DNA from: a bacterium
GTDB lineage: Bacteria; Bacteroidota; Ignavibacteria; UBA10030
DNA length: 53,613 nt
Direction of reading: 5' to 3'
NCBI GenBank assembly: GCA_007280275.1
Contig: QYQB01000076.1
Coordinates: 1-53,613 of the forward strand
Below are positions 8,951-18,013 of this stretch, piece by piece. Each line of letters begins with the position of its first letter. The first letter of the stretch is position 1. The notes beneath the pieces were generated by a model. That model did not search any database, was not told where the DNA came from, and worked only from the letters and a program-made list of their open reading frames with translations. The position numbers and the translations under genes are program-made.

Positions 8951-10753
8951 TTATTTCACGCTGTCGATCAATATGAAATCGTACTCCTTCAGCATGTTTT
9001 TATATGGGGCTTTGTATGTGACGGTTTCCTCGGATTTCAAGTTGTGCTTGTTGTCCCAGACGACGACATGAATCTTTGAACCATCGGCGAGACCCGGGAT
9101 TGAGACTTCAAGCTCAGTCGTTTCGATTGCGAGGAGTGCTGTCACATTCTTTCCGACAATGCCCCAGACATTTGAGGATGGAGGTATTCCACCGCCTGAA
9201 AGCAGATTGGAGATCGGATAGGCGACCTCCCAGTTTAACGCAGTCGCTGTAACGAGATACTTCTTGTCTTTGCCGACGATGTACGGTCCCCGACCATATG
9301 TTTTGTTCGGCTCGCAGTAGATGGTTCCACTGATTGCGTCCTTTGGAATGACGGTGCCCGCACGCAAATCCCCGCCGTGCTGTACATCCGAGCCGGTGAA
9401 TCTCAAGTACACATTCCCATAATATCCGGTGTATGGAAGCTGAGCCTCCTGGTTCTTTGGAAGAGAGACGTCAGCTTCACCGTCTTCCCCGCCGCCAAAC
9501 CGAAACGACTTCGTCCCGTCAACACCGCACTTTTCCAAAGCCGTCTTCCAACTTGGACTTACACTTGATCCACCCGGGATGCTGCTGCCGCATTGAACGA
9601 AGACGGGCTTATCGCCACTGAACAGTGCCACAACGTCGTCGGGCAGGACGTCGCCGCTGCCGCCCGAGGCATAAATCCAATACGCATCGGCGGGCACTAC
9701 TTTGTCACTCACAATGATGTTGTAGCCGGCATTCAGCGCGCCGGAAGTAATGGCATCGCCGGAGTTGAACAGGCGGCTCCATCCGGGATCGACCGCCTGA
9801 CTGCCGGACGATTTGCTCCATTGCTTCAGGAGAACCACAATGTTCATTACGGGTCTGTCTTTTTCCTGCTTGTTAACATATTCCGTGATCCAGGCCTGTG
9901 TCTTGATGGGGTCGAACAGATTCATCCCTCCCCAGATCATGAAATTGTCCACCCTGAACTGCAGAGCGCGAATCATGCAAATGTCAGCGACCACTGCTGG
10001 AGAGTACTCGCCCGGAATGCCCCAGTTGCGAGTCAAGGGCGAAATCAAGGATGTAGGCTTCTTCCAGTATTTTGCCCAACCAAAACCGAGCGTACCGTGC
10101 TCGGCCAGCGTGGCTATGTTGAATATCTTGTCACGTTTGAGATAATAATTGTAGATATCGATGGTGCCTGTCTCGGGCCAGAGTGGGACGAAATGAGGCT
10201 CCTTGAGCAGCATCGGATCAGTGCCGGAGACATAATCGACGCCTCTCTTTTTGAGTTCTCTCGCCAGTGACACAAAGACATCCGGCTTCACTTCGAAGCA
10301 CTCTTCGAATACACCATCCGCCCCGCAGTTTGCAATGTCATCAGCGACCTCCTTGATATTCTCCGGAGTCCACTGATTTTGTTTCCAGTGCCACGGATTA
10401 ACCCCCTCTATATTGATCGATACCTTAAGTCCTTTCTTGTGTGCAGCCTTCGCAACCGGAGTGAGCATATCCCATTTGAACACTCCCCACTTCTGTTTTT
10501 CGAGAAAGGGAGATTTGAAATAGTAGTGCATCTCCGGCCCGACGCGATCAGCACCCCACATTTCGAGACCTCGCCAGCCTTTCGCATACGCATCATCCAT
10601 CAGCGCTGACAACCGAGCGTCGGTCCCCTGGTCCACCGCCTGCCGATGGTCGATGATCCCTTCAACCCAGTAGCGAGGGCTGTACTGTTCCTGTGCGACA
10701 ACGATTGATACAAACTGAAGCACCACATAGAGTCTAAGCACTTTCTTGAACAT
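8951..10753 (-). CDS. Secreted protein of unknown function (600 aa), possibly a TIM-barrel glycosidase-like protein
   Basis: Signal peptide MFKKVLRLYVVLQFVSIVVAQ, with GGGAGG 6 nt before the ATG. The alternating beta/alpha-like N-terminal half (GLKVSINIEG..., GADGVFEECFEV) suggests a barrel, but no family is recognised. Confidence 0.7.
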   Translation of the reverse strand: MFKKVLRLYVVLQFVSIVVAQEQYSPRYWVEGIIDHRQAVDQGTDARLSALMDDAYAKGWRGLEMWGADRVGPEMHYYFKSPFLEKQKWGVFKWDMLTPVAKAAHKKGLKVSINIEGVNPWHWKQNQWTPENIKEVADDIANCGADGVFEECFEVKPDVFVSLARELKKRGVDYVSGTDPMLLKEPHFVPLWPETGTIDIYNYYLKRDKIFNIATLAEHGTLGFGWAKYWKKPTSLISPLTRNWGIPGEYSPAVVADICMIRALQFRVDNFMIWGGMNLFDPIKTQAWITEYVNKQEKDRPVMNIVVLLKQWSKSSGSQAVDPGWSRLFNSGDAITSGALNAGYNIIVSDKVVPADAYWIYASGGSGDVLPDDVVALFSGDKPVFVQCGSSIPGGSSVSPSWKTALEKCGVDGTKSFRFGGGEDGEADVSLPKNQEAQLPYTGYYGNVYLRFTGSDVQHGGDLRAGTVIPKDAISGTIYCEPNKTYGRGPYIVGKDKKYLVTATALNWEVAYPISNLLSGGGIPPSSNVWGIVGKNVTALLAIETTELEVSIPGLADGSKIHVVVWDNKHNLKSEETVTYKAPYKNMLKEYDFILIDSVK

Positions 10754-10845
10754 CTTATACCTCCCGGATTGAACCCGAAAATCAGGCGATTGCCGTATTC
10801 ACCCTATTTATCTTTTCTTGGCGGTTTGATTCTACGACGAGAGCG

Positions 10846-11787
10846 TTAGCGTGCGTACTTTTGGACACAGTGCGCATAATGATCTGTCACGTAGATGCTT
10901 CCATCGGCTCCAACTGCTATCCCTATCGGGAAATGCTTACTGTCGTCCAGGACTCCCGGTGTCATCCAATGCTCTTTGTATTCCCCGCTAGCGGTCAACA
11001 ATTGAATCCGGAAGTTGTACCGATCACACACGTAAACGTCTCCTTTGGAGTCAACCGCGACACCGTGCGGCTCGCTGAATTGTCCCCCCTTTGCTTCCTT
11101 TCCTTCTCCATATTGTCCGAATCGCTTCACCAATGCCCCTTCCTTCGAAAAGATGGAGATACGATGGTTTTGTCTGTCGCTCAGGATGATGTTCCCGTCT
11201 CTGCCTATCGCTATCTCATGCGGCATATAGGCTTTGAAACCAATACTTTCTTCCGAGCCCCATTTTGCCAGGAACTTCAGATCTGAATCGAATGTCTGGA
11301 TTCTGTAATTGAATGCATCAATCACATAGAGAACGTCCTTCTCATCGACGGCGATGCCGTAGGGGTATTTGAATTGCCCGTCTTGCGTTCCGTAGGAACC
11401 AATTGACGCCAAATACTCGCCTCTTGGAGAGAACTTCTGGACTCGATTGTTGTTCATATCGGCCACATAGACGAAGCCTTTCGAATCGATCGCTATGCCG
11501 TACGGGTACGTGAATTCCCCGGGTCCCTTGCCCAATCTGCCCCACATGAGAATGAAGTTCCCTTCCGCATCGAATTTCTGGATCCGTTGATTGTGTTGGT
11601 CCACCACGTAGACATTCGAGGATTTGTCCACAGCAATCATCGTCGGGTATTTCAGCTGCCCTGGTTTGTCCCCAAACTCTCCCCACTGCTTGGTCATGCC
11701 CTGACCGGACTGAGCGTTCACTATCGGCGTGATGCCGCAGATAAGTACTGCAGCAAAAATCACCTTGATAAGCTGACTATTCTTCAT
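10846..11787 (-). CDS. NHL-repeat beta-propeller protein, exported
   Basis: Six repeats of the type YPxGIAVDxxGxVYVxDxxNxRIQKF. The track start at 11811 is GTG. The ATG at 11787 (MKNSQLIKVIFAAVLICG...) follows AAGAGGAAA and was preferred. Confidence 0.85.
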   Translation of the reverse strand: MKNSQLIKVIFAAVLICGITPIVNAQSGQGMTKQWGEFGDKPGQLKYPTMIAVDKSSNVYVVDQHNQRIQKFDAEGNFILMWGRLGKGPGEFTYPYGIAIDSKGFVYVADMNNNRVQKFSPRGEYLASIGSYGTQDGQFKYPYGIAVDEKDVLYVIDAFNYRIQTFDSDLKFLAKWGSEESIGFKAYMPHEIAIGRDGNIILSDRQNHRISIFSKEGALVKRFGQYGEGKEAKGGQFSEPHGVAVDSKGDVYVCDRYNFRIQLLTASGEYKEHWMTPGVLDDSKHFPIGIAVGADGSIYVTDHYAHCVQKYAR

Positions 11788-11830
11788 GGTTCGTTTCCTC
11801 TTTACAGTCACGAGTTAAGAAACGCTGCGA

Positions 11831-12736
11831 TTACTTTTTCGTGTTATCGAGCACTGTGATAAACTTCTCGAAATCCTGGTCATACCCATCGCTCCGGGAC
11901 ATAAAGCCTTTTTCTATGTCGCCGCCATTCTGACTTCTGTGCTTATTCCACGCTTCATATTTTATTGTACGATATTTTCTAATGTCCATTCGAACGTCGG
12001 CCCTTCCTCTTCCACTCTCCTGCGCTTCGGTGTCTGACAGCCAGCCATGGGGCAGCGTCCACAATTTCCCAACTGCCATACCTTGTGCAATCGCCTTTTT
12101 GAACGCCAAGTACATCAAATATCCGCTATCTCCGTGATCGAGCTTTTCTCCGCCCGGCGTGTGAATGATCGTGATCTCGGATTGATATTTCTTCAGCAAT
12201 GCGACGACGAAATTCACATCTTCGCTATATCTTGTGGCAAGGCTTACATGTTTTCTGCCTGGCGGATCATATTTCAGATACTCTTCCGTACCATAAATGA
12301 CCAATTTGCGGCCAAGCCATAGTTCTGGCTCACAAAAATCGAGGAAGACCGGCTCGGCGCCAAACACCTTAGCTGCCTGCAAAGCTTCCTCTCTTCTGAT
12401 CTGCATTGTTTCCAGTGCATCCACCTGGTACACCTTCGGGGACCCTGTTACAGCAGCGGTCAACTTCCTGCCCGCAAAATCCCAGTTACCCGGCACCTTT
12501 TCAATCTGATTGCCCGAGAGGTTATTCATGACGCAAACGTAAATGCCTTGATAGCCCTCCGCGATATATTTGGCAAAGGTTCCGCCGGCCATTTGTTCAA
12601 CATCATCGGCATGAGCCCCGAACACCAGAATGCATTTTCGAGGTTTGTTTCCGTCGCCGGCAATAATGAAAGTCGCAGGGACAAGGAATGCCAAGATCGA
12701 GTACTTCAGAAACCTCAGGAATGTGCCTGGCTTCAT
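11831..12736 (-). CDS. LmbE/PIG-L-family deacetylase with N-terminal signal/anchor, paralog 1
   Basis: Hydrophobic leader, then KPRKCILVFGAHADDVEQMAGGT (AHPDD-type zinc motif) and LDHGDSGYLMYLAF. It is one of three tandem paralogs. Confidence 0.8.
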   Translation of the reverse strand: MKPGTFLRFLKYSILAFLVPATFIIAGDGNKPRKCILVFGAHADDVEQMAGGTFAKYIAEGYQGIYVCVMNNLSGNQIEKVPGNWDFAGRKLTAAVTGSPKVYQVDALETMQIRREEALQAAKVFGAEPVFLDFCEPELWLGRKLVIYGTEEYLKYDPPGRKHVSLATRYSEDVNFVVALLKKYQSEITIIHTPGGEKLDHGDSGYLMYLAFKKAIAQGMAVGKLWTLPHGWLSDTEAQESGRGRADVRMDIRKYRTIKYEAWNKHRSQNGGDIEKGFMSRSDGYDQDFEKFITVLDNTKK

Positions 12737-12802
12737 CTCACAACTCCAATCACGTAGTCAGTAAACACTTGTTGACCCCAGCGCCCGAATTGCACGACAA
12801 CA

Positions 12803-13699
12803 TCATTTTGTGTTATCGAGGACTGTGATGTACTCTTCGACCATACCTTCGGGTGTCACCTGGCCTCTTTCTACATAGTCTTTGTAGAAGATGCTTTTTT
12901 GGCTGACGTGTCTACAGTATGCTTCATACTTGATCTTCAGATAGTTTTTGATATCGATGCTGACGTCGGGCTTTCCTCTGCCACTTTTCCGTGCCTCAGG
13001 ATCCAGCAACCACCCGCCCACATCCATCCAGAGCTTCCCGACTGGTATTCCTTGCGCAATTGCCTTTGTGAATGCCAAATACATGAGATATGCGCTGTTT
13101 CCGTGCTCATCTTTGTCACCACCCAAGGCATGGATAATAACAATCTCAGGTTGATACTTCTTCAGCAGGTCGACAACAATGCCCACTTCCTTGCTCATGG
13201 TCGAAGCCACACTGATTTGTGGTCCTCCGGGAGGTTGGTATTGATGGAACTCATCGGAGCCGATATAGCATTCCTTGCGTCCCTGCCAAATGAATATTTC
13301 ACGATAACCAAGGAATACGGGCGTTGCGCCATACAACGCCGCTGCATTTCTGGCCTCCTCCTGCCGAATCTGGATCGTCTCGAGTGCATCCACCGGGTAG
13401 AGATGAGGCGAGTTTGAAACGGTAAACCTCGTGCCCCTGCCGTACCGGGGATTCTGAGTATTCTGAATCGTGCATCCCGCTGTGTTGTTGTTGACGACGA
13501 CGTAAATTCCTTCATACCCAGATCCGATGTATTTGGCGAACGTGCCTCCGGCCACCGCTTCGACATCATCTGCATGAGCGCCGAATACGAGTATACATTT
13601 CCTGGGTTTCTCTTTGTCCCCTGCAAGTACAATGCTTGCGGAAAGGAGCAGGAAGAGCACAGAACATTCCAGAATTCTGAAATTCGTCTTCGCTTTCAC
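12803..13699 (-). CDS. LmbE/PIG-L-family deacetylase with N-terminal signal/anchor, paralog 2
   Basis: KPRKCILVFGAHADDVEAVAGGT and DEHGNSAYLMYLAF. GTG start preceded by AAGGAG plus 7 nt. Confidence 0.8.
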   Translation of the reverse strand: MKAKTNFRILECSVLFLLLSASIVLAGDKEKPRKCILVFGAHADDVEAVAGGTFAKYIGSGYEGIYVVVNNNTAGCTIQNTQNPRYGRGTRFTVSNSPHLYPVDALETIQIRQEEARNAAALYGATPVFLGYREIFIWQGRKECYIGSDEFHQYQPPGGPQISVASTMSKEVGIVVDLLKKYQPEIVIIHALGGDKDEHGNSAYLMYLAFTKAIAQGIPVGKLWMDVGGWLLDPEARKSGRGKPDVSIDIKNYLKIKYEAYCRHVSQKSIFYKDYVERGQVTPEGMVEEYITVLDNTK

Positions 13700-13745
13700 T
13701 CTAGGACTCCTTGTCTCGACAACCCTCTCGTACTTCCGAATGGCG

Positions 13746-14702
13746 CTAGTGAGTATTGTCTATGACCGTGATGAATTCTTCGATTGTTTCTTTTGCCTGT
13801 GCCTTATTCTTTGCCACATAGTTCTTCCCAAAGCCACCGTTCTGACTCAGGTGTTTATTCAGAGCCTCGTATTTCGTCTTTAGATACTTTTTCACATCGA
13901 TGTGAACATCCGGCTTTCCTCTTCCGGTTTTCTGCGCCGTATCATCCAGGAACCATCCATCAACTTTCATCCACAACTTCCCCACTGCAATACCTTTGCT
14001 CATCGCCTTCTTGAATGCCAGATACATCAGATAGGCACTGTTGCCGTGATCAAGCTTTTCACCACCCAACGTGTGAATGATGATGATCTCCGGTTGGTAC
14101 TTTTGCAGCAGTTCCACTACAATGTTGATATCCTCGCCATATCTAGTGGCAAGACTAACATCGTGTTTGGCCTGAGGGCTGTACTTCAAGAACTCTTCCG
14201 AGCCATACACAACGATTTTGCGGCCCAGCAGAATCTCAGGTTCACTGAAATTCAGAAAGACCGGCACTGCACCATACACAGCTGCCGCTTGCCTGCATTC
14301 TTCCTCACGAATTTGATTCGTTTCCAGAGCATCGACTGGATACATTTGGGGCGAACTGGAAACCGAGAACTTTGGACCCCATTTGTCGCCGGGCGCCTTC
14401 TCGATATTGCAGCCGGCAGTATTATTCGTGACACAGACATAGATGCCTTGATAGCCCTGAGCTGTGTACCTGGCTAATGTCCCGCCGGCAATCTCATCGA
14501 CATCATCGGCGTGAGCGCCAAAGACCAGGATACATTTCCGGGGTTTATCTTTTGCTCCAGCCATAAGGAAGTCTGATGATACCACGAGTGCGACGACAAG
14601 GAGCACTTGGAAGAGAGGAAATCTATTTGGTCGCATCGGGATTGCCATGTTTAGAATGTTGCACAACATTTCCTGAAGTCCTTCTGAGGAGCCCCGCTTC
14701 AA
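13746..14702 (-). CDS. LmbE/PIG-L-family deacetylase with N-terminal signal/anchor, paralog 3 (start uncertain)
   Basis: KPRKCILVFGAHADDVDEIAGGT and LDHGNSAYLMYLAF. The longest ORF starts at TTG 14702. The internal ATG at 14636 (MRPNRFPLFQVLLVVALVV...) gives a leader of the same length as the paralogs. Confidence 0.75.
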   Translation of the reverse strand: MKRGSSEGLQEMLCNILNMAIPMRPNRFPLFQVLLVVALVVSSDFLMAGAKDKPRKCILVFGAHADDVDEIAGGTLARYTAQGYQGIYVCVTNNTAGCNIEKAPGDKWGPKFSVSSSPQMYPVDALETNQIREEECRQAAAVYGAVPVFLNFSEPEILLGRKIVVYGSEEFLKYSPQAKHDVSLATRYGEDINIVVELLQKYQPEIIIIHTLGGEKLDHGNSAYLMYLAFKKAMSKGIAVGKLWMKVDGWFLDDTAQKTGRGKPDVHIDVKKYLKTKYEALNKHLSQNGGFGKNYVAKNKAQAKETIEEFITVIDNTH

Positions 14703-14742
14703 CGGGTCGTGCTCCTCAACAGAAAACCCTCGCGCTATACGG

Positions 14743-15843
14743 TTATATCTTGATCAAGATCTTGTTCTTATAGAGCCAGTAACACATATACCAAAGCAGA
14801 AACCATGCTGCGAAGGCCGTGGCATACGGCAGAAGTACTGGCGACCAGAAGAACAGGGCATAGGTAAACGGTTTCGCTATCTTAATCAGAAGAGAAGCGC
14901 CACCAAACTGATCGAACAGATAGATGAACAGGCAATTCATACCGACGATTGCAAAGAACTTCGGGACTTTTTGAATCTTCTTCAGATCCACCATCCAATA
15001 GGAGAATGCAAGAGCCACCAAACACCATCCACCGGTTTCGATGACATAGGAAGATGTGGCAATTCTCTTGACGATCGGTGTAATGGGATCGAGAGCGAAG
15101 CCGAGGGCGATGCCGATGAGCCCTGCGATGATGAGAATCTTCAACTTCTGGTTGGACGTCCTCTCGCTCCGCAGGATCAACCCCGCGACAACTCCCCAGA
15201 TCGTAAATGCCGCCGTGGGAACAGCGTTAAAGGCCACCCAATACCCCTTCTCAGTCATCCCCATCAGCTGTAGATCAACCCAGGTCCCAAAATTCTGTGC
15301 TGGCACAAATGCCTGGTTGAATCCTTCGACAGGCCAGAAACGATAGAGCAATTCGCTCAGCAGGAGGAATCCAAAGCTAACAGCCACCTGAACCTTAATC
15401 GGCTTTCTCATCAACAAAAACGCAACGATGTAGGTAAATCCCAGTTGAGTGAGGACATTCCAGAGTTTCCAGACCGGCCTGCCTGCGCTGATGCTGTAAT
15501 AAATGATGCCGAGCATGAAGAGCCAGGCCGAACGCTCAACGGCGTGCAAGAGTATCTTCTTCCAGGGATCTCCTCTTTCCAGCCGTTTCAATGCCGAAAA
15601 CGGGATCGCAACGCCGACAATGAACATGAAGAAGGGCTCGACGAAATCCCAGAAGGTCAACCCATTCCATGGATGGTGCTCAAACTGAAACCCGATGAAT
15701 GAGAGGATGCCGTTATCGGAAGCTTGCAGAAGGCGATACAGGCCTGACGACTTACCGATGAGAAGAAGCATTGTCAACCCTCGGAAGAAATCGAGCGAGA
15801 GGAGACGCTGCGCACTTGCTTGAGGCGAGATGTCCTGGGTCAT
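14743..15843 (-). CDS. HGSNAT-like (DUF5009/DUF1624) polytopic membrane acyltransferase, copy 2
   Basis: RLLSLDFFRGLTMLLLIG and FEHHPWNGLTFWDFVEPFFMFIVG, multi-TM. The ATG at 15843 follows AAGGGA plus 7 nt and sits 1 nt after the upstream TGA, so it was preferred over the ATG at 15861. Confidence 0.75.
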   Translation of the reverse strand: MTQDISPQASAQRLLSLDFFRGLTMLLLIGKSSGLYRLLQASDNGILSFIGFQFEHHPWNGLTFWDFVEPFFMFIVGVAIPFSALKRLERGDPWKKILLHAVERSAWLFMLGIIYYSISAGRPVWKLWNVLTQLGFTYIVAFLLMRKPIKVQVAVSFGFLLLSELLYRFWPVEGFNQAFVPAQNFGTWVDLQLMGMTEKGYWVAFNAVPTAAFTIWGVVAGLILRSERTSNQKLKILIIAGLIGIALGFALDPITPIVKRIATSSYVIETGGWCLVALAFSYWMVDLKKIQKVPKFFAIVGMNCLFIYLFDQFGGASLLIKIAKPFTYALFFWSPVLLPYATAFAAWFLLWYMCYWLYKNKILIKI

Positions 15844-15844
15844 T

Positions 15845-16861
15845 TCATTTTCCCTTTTCATTCAAATCGATAGTGATTTCCGCCTGTTCACTCCCCTGGT
15901 GTGTAACAAGTATGCGGTTCTCAGTGAACTGGAACAATCGCCAATTCAGAGACCCCTCGGCCACCGAACCCGTTTCAATCTGATAAACCGTCTGGCCGGC
16001 CGGGAATCTGATCCCTTCAAAAATGTTCGAATGCCCATGGCCGACAACCATTGCTTTGATGTTCGGATTCTCGTTCACGAGCTTTAACAGCCCATCCGAA
16101 CATTGCTTCGCGGTGGGCCAATCCAACAGACCGTGTTCCTTGAAGCAGATGCCATCTCCGTTGATGTCCCCAACCGAAAAATAGATATGAAAGAACAAGA
16201 TGACCGGCTCGCGCCCGGCGCTCGACAGTAGTTCCTTGAGCCAGTCAAACTGAACCTTGTCGATGACCCTTCCTTCGTCGTGCAGGCTGTAGCCGTTGTC
16301 AAGAAAGATGAAATGATAGTTGGTCCTGCCAACCCGAAAGATCCTGGAATAATAGGTGCCATCATGAAAACACGGGATGTTTCTTATCCAACTTGCACGC
16401 GCCCGGTCGGCAGAGGTCTGGGATTCAACGATCGTTGAGTCAGTATCATGAACGACATACTTCGTAAGGTCGTGATTGCCCAGCGTCAGATACAGTGGAA
16501 CCGGACACTGATCATTCACTGTTCTCAATTGTTCAATCTGATTCGCCAACAGCTTGTGGGATTTTGTTTCCCCCTCATACATGTCGAGCACATCTCCGGT
16601 GATTACAACAGCATCGGCTTTCACTTGTCTGGGAACCGATCTGAAAAACTCGGTCAGCGAATCGAGTCCGCTTCTGACAACGAAATGCCTGACCGGGAGC
16701 AACGGATGACATTCATCCTGGTTATACAGCAGATGGAGATCACTTGTATGAAGGACGTTCAGCGTGTCGACAGCTTGACCACGTGCTCCGTATGCAATCA
16801 GCACTGTGAACAGTGTCAAAGAGAACGCAATTTTGTAACGGCTCATCGAGATTCGTGACAT
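15845..16861 (-). CDS. Calcineurin-like metallophosphoesterase, exported
   Basis: Motifs LHTSDLHLL, VVITGDVLD, LGNHD and VVGHGH. Signal peptide present. Confidence 0.8.
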   Translation of the reverse strand: MSRISMSRYKIAFSLTLFTVLIAYGARGQAVDTLNVLHTSDLHLLYNQDECHPLLPVRHFVVRSGLDSLTEFFRSVPRQVKADAVVITGDVLDMYEGETKSHKLLANQIEQLRTVNDQCPVPLYLTLGNHDLTKYVVHDTDSTIVESQTSADRARASWIRNIPCFHDGTYYSRIFRVGRTNYHFIFLDNGYSLHDEGRVIDKVQFDWLKELLSSAGREPVILFFHIYFSVGDINGDGICFKEHGLLDWPTAKQCSDGLLKLVNENPNIKAMVVGHGHSNIFEGIRFPAGQTVYQIETGSVAEGSLNWRLFQFTENRILVTHQGSEQAEITIDLNEKGK

Positions 16862-16926
16862 ATGCGCTATTGGAAGACTTTACGCCTGGTTACTCTGGTA
16901 CGGAATGGATCCTGCAACGCAAAGAA

Positions 16927-17955
16927 TCATTTCCCCTGGTGTTGGGCCTCATCGATGAATGCGAGCATATTCTCCAACGGAATGTCCCCCTGCAGTTCAT
17001 GCGAAGGGGCCAGGATGTAGCCGCCCCCTTTACCCAAAACCCTGATCCGCTCCCTGATTTCTTTCCTGACATCATCCGGTGTGCCGTAAGGCAATGTTCT
17101 TTGTGTGCTCACTCCCCCCCAGAAGGTCAGGTCCCTGCCGTATTCTTTCTTGAGTTTTTCGAAATCGAAGGCTTCGGCCTGAAGCGGTGTTATCATATTG
17201 ACGCCGATCTCGATCAGATCCGGGATAATCTCTGAAATGTCGCCGCACGAATGAATTGAAACTGGCAGGCCTGCATCGTGGACGGCATCGTACAATTTCC
17301 GGAGTCGTTTCTTGAACATCGTTCGCCACAAGTCGGGGCTCATGATGAGACCATGCTGCTGCCCCCAGTCATCACCAAAGTGGAACGCGTCGATTGGGTA
17401 TTGACAGAGTCTCTTTGTGATCACCAGATTAAACTCAGTAATTCTTTCAAAAAGCTCTTCGATAAACGCCGGATTCTCTACAAAATCCATCAGAACTGGT
17501 TCAATACCCCTTAGAATCCACGCCCTTTCGTAAAGCGAAAACCCTATGGCACCCACGACAAACCTGTCTCTGTTCCCGTCGATGAACGCAGGAATCTCAC
17601 CCAGCTCCATGATTTTGTTTGCATCGGGAAAATCATACCCTTTCAATGTCGCTTCTTTCAGCGGGTAGTCGATGACGGTCCCAATATCTTCTCCTGGCTT
17701 CAGTTCCCACGTGGCTCCGAATGCATCCTTGAACTTGCCCGGACCCACGTCCTCCGTTTTGAAGATCGAATAGAAGCTTGGCTCAAACATGGCTATATGA
17801 TTGCCGATAACCTCACCCAGGTCCCTCTCACCGAAATGCCCTCTAAGCTTCTTCTCAGCTGCGGAGAGACAATCCATCTGGTAGGGAATGAAATCGGTTT
17901 CGTGATGAGCCATCGCGTCTTTTACTCTCTCCTTCTTCGTCATCTCGAATCCCAT
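16927..17955 (-). CDS. Uroporphyrinogen-decarboxylase (URO-D) family protein, copy 1
   Basis: 342 aa, no leader. Overall URO-D/MtaA-like TIM-barrel pattern: N-terminal KERVKDAMAHHETDFIPYQ, HFGDDWGQQHG, SIHSCGD. Family assignment is by recognition only. Confidence 0.6.
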   Translation of the reverse strand: MGFEMTKKERVKDAMAHHETDFIPYQMDCLSAAEKKLRGHFGERDLGEVIGNHIAMFEPSFYSIFKTEDVGPGKFKDAFGATWELKPGEDIGTVIDYPLKEATLKGYDFPDANKIMELGEIPAFIDGNRDRFVVGAIGFSLYERAWILRGIEPVLMDFVENPAFIEELFERITEFNLVITKRLCQYPIDAFHFGDDWGQQHGLIMSPDLWRTMFKKRLRKLYDAVHDAGLPVSIHSCGDISEIIPDLIEIGVNMITPLQAEAFDFEKLKKEYGRDLTFWGGVSTQRTLPYGTPDDVRKEIRERIRVLGKGGGYILAPSHELQGDIPLENMLAFIDEAQHQGK

Positions 17956-18013
17956 GGATTGTCCTGCTCACGTCCGAGAGAGCGGGTGATGAGAGTCCGG
18001 TTCTTCACGCTGT

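Noticed and set aside
17104-17110. Homopolymer G7 runs on the coding strand inside CDSs (also 25102-25108 and 50476-50482) as phase-variation tracts
   Set aside because: Seven nucleotides is below lengths usually associated with slipped-strand switching. All three are in frame (GG/GGG codons). No similar tract lies at a 5' end or promoter.
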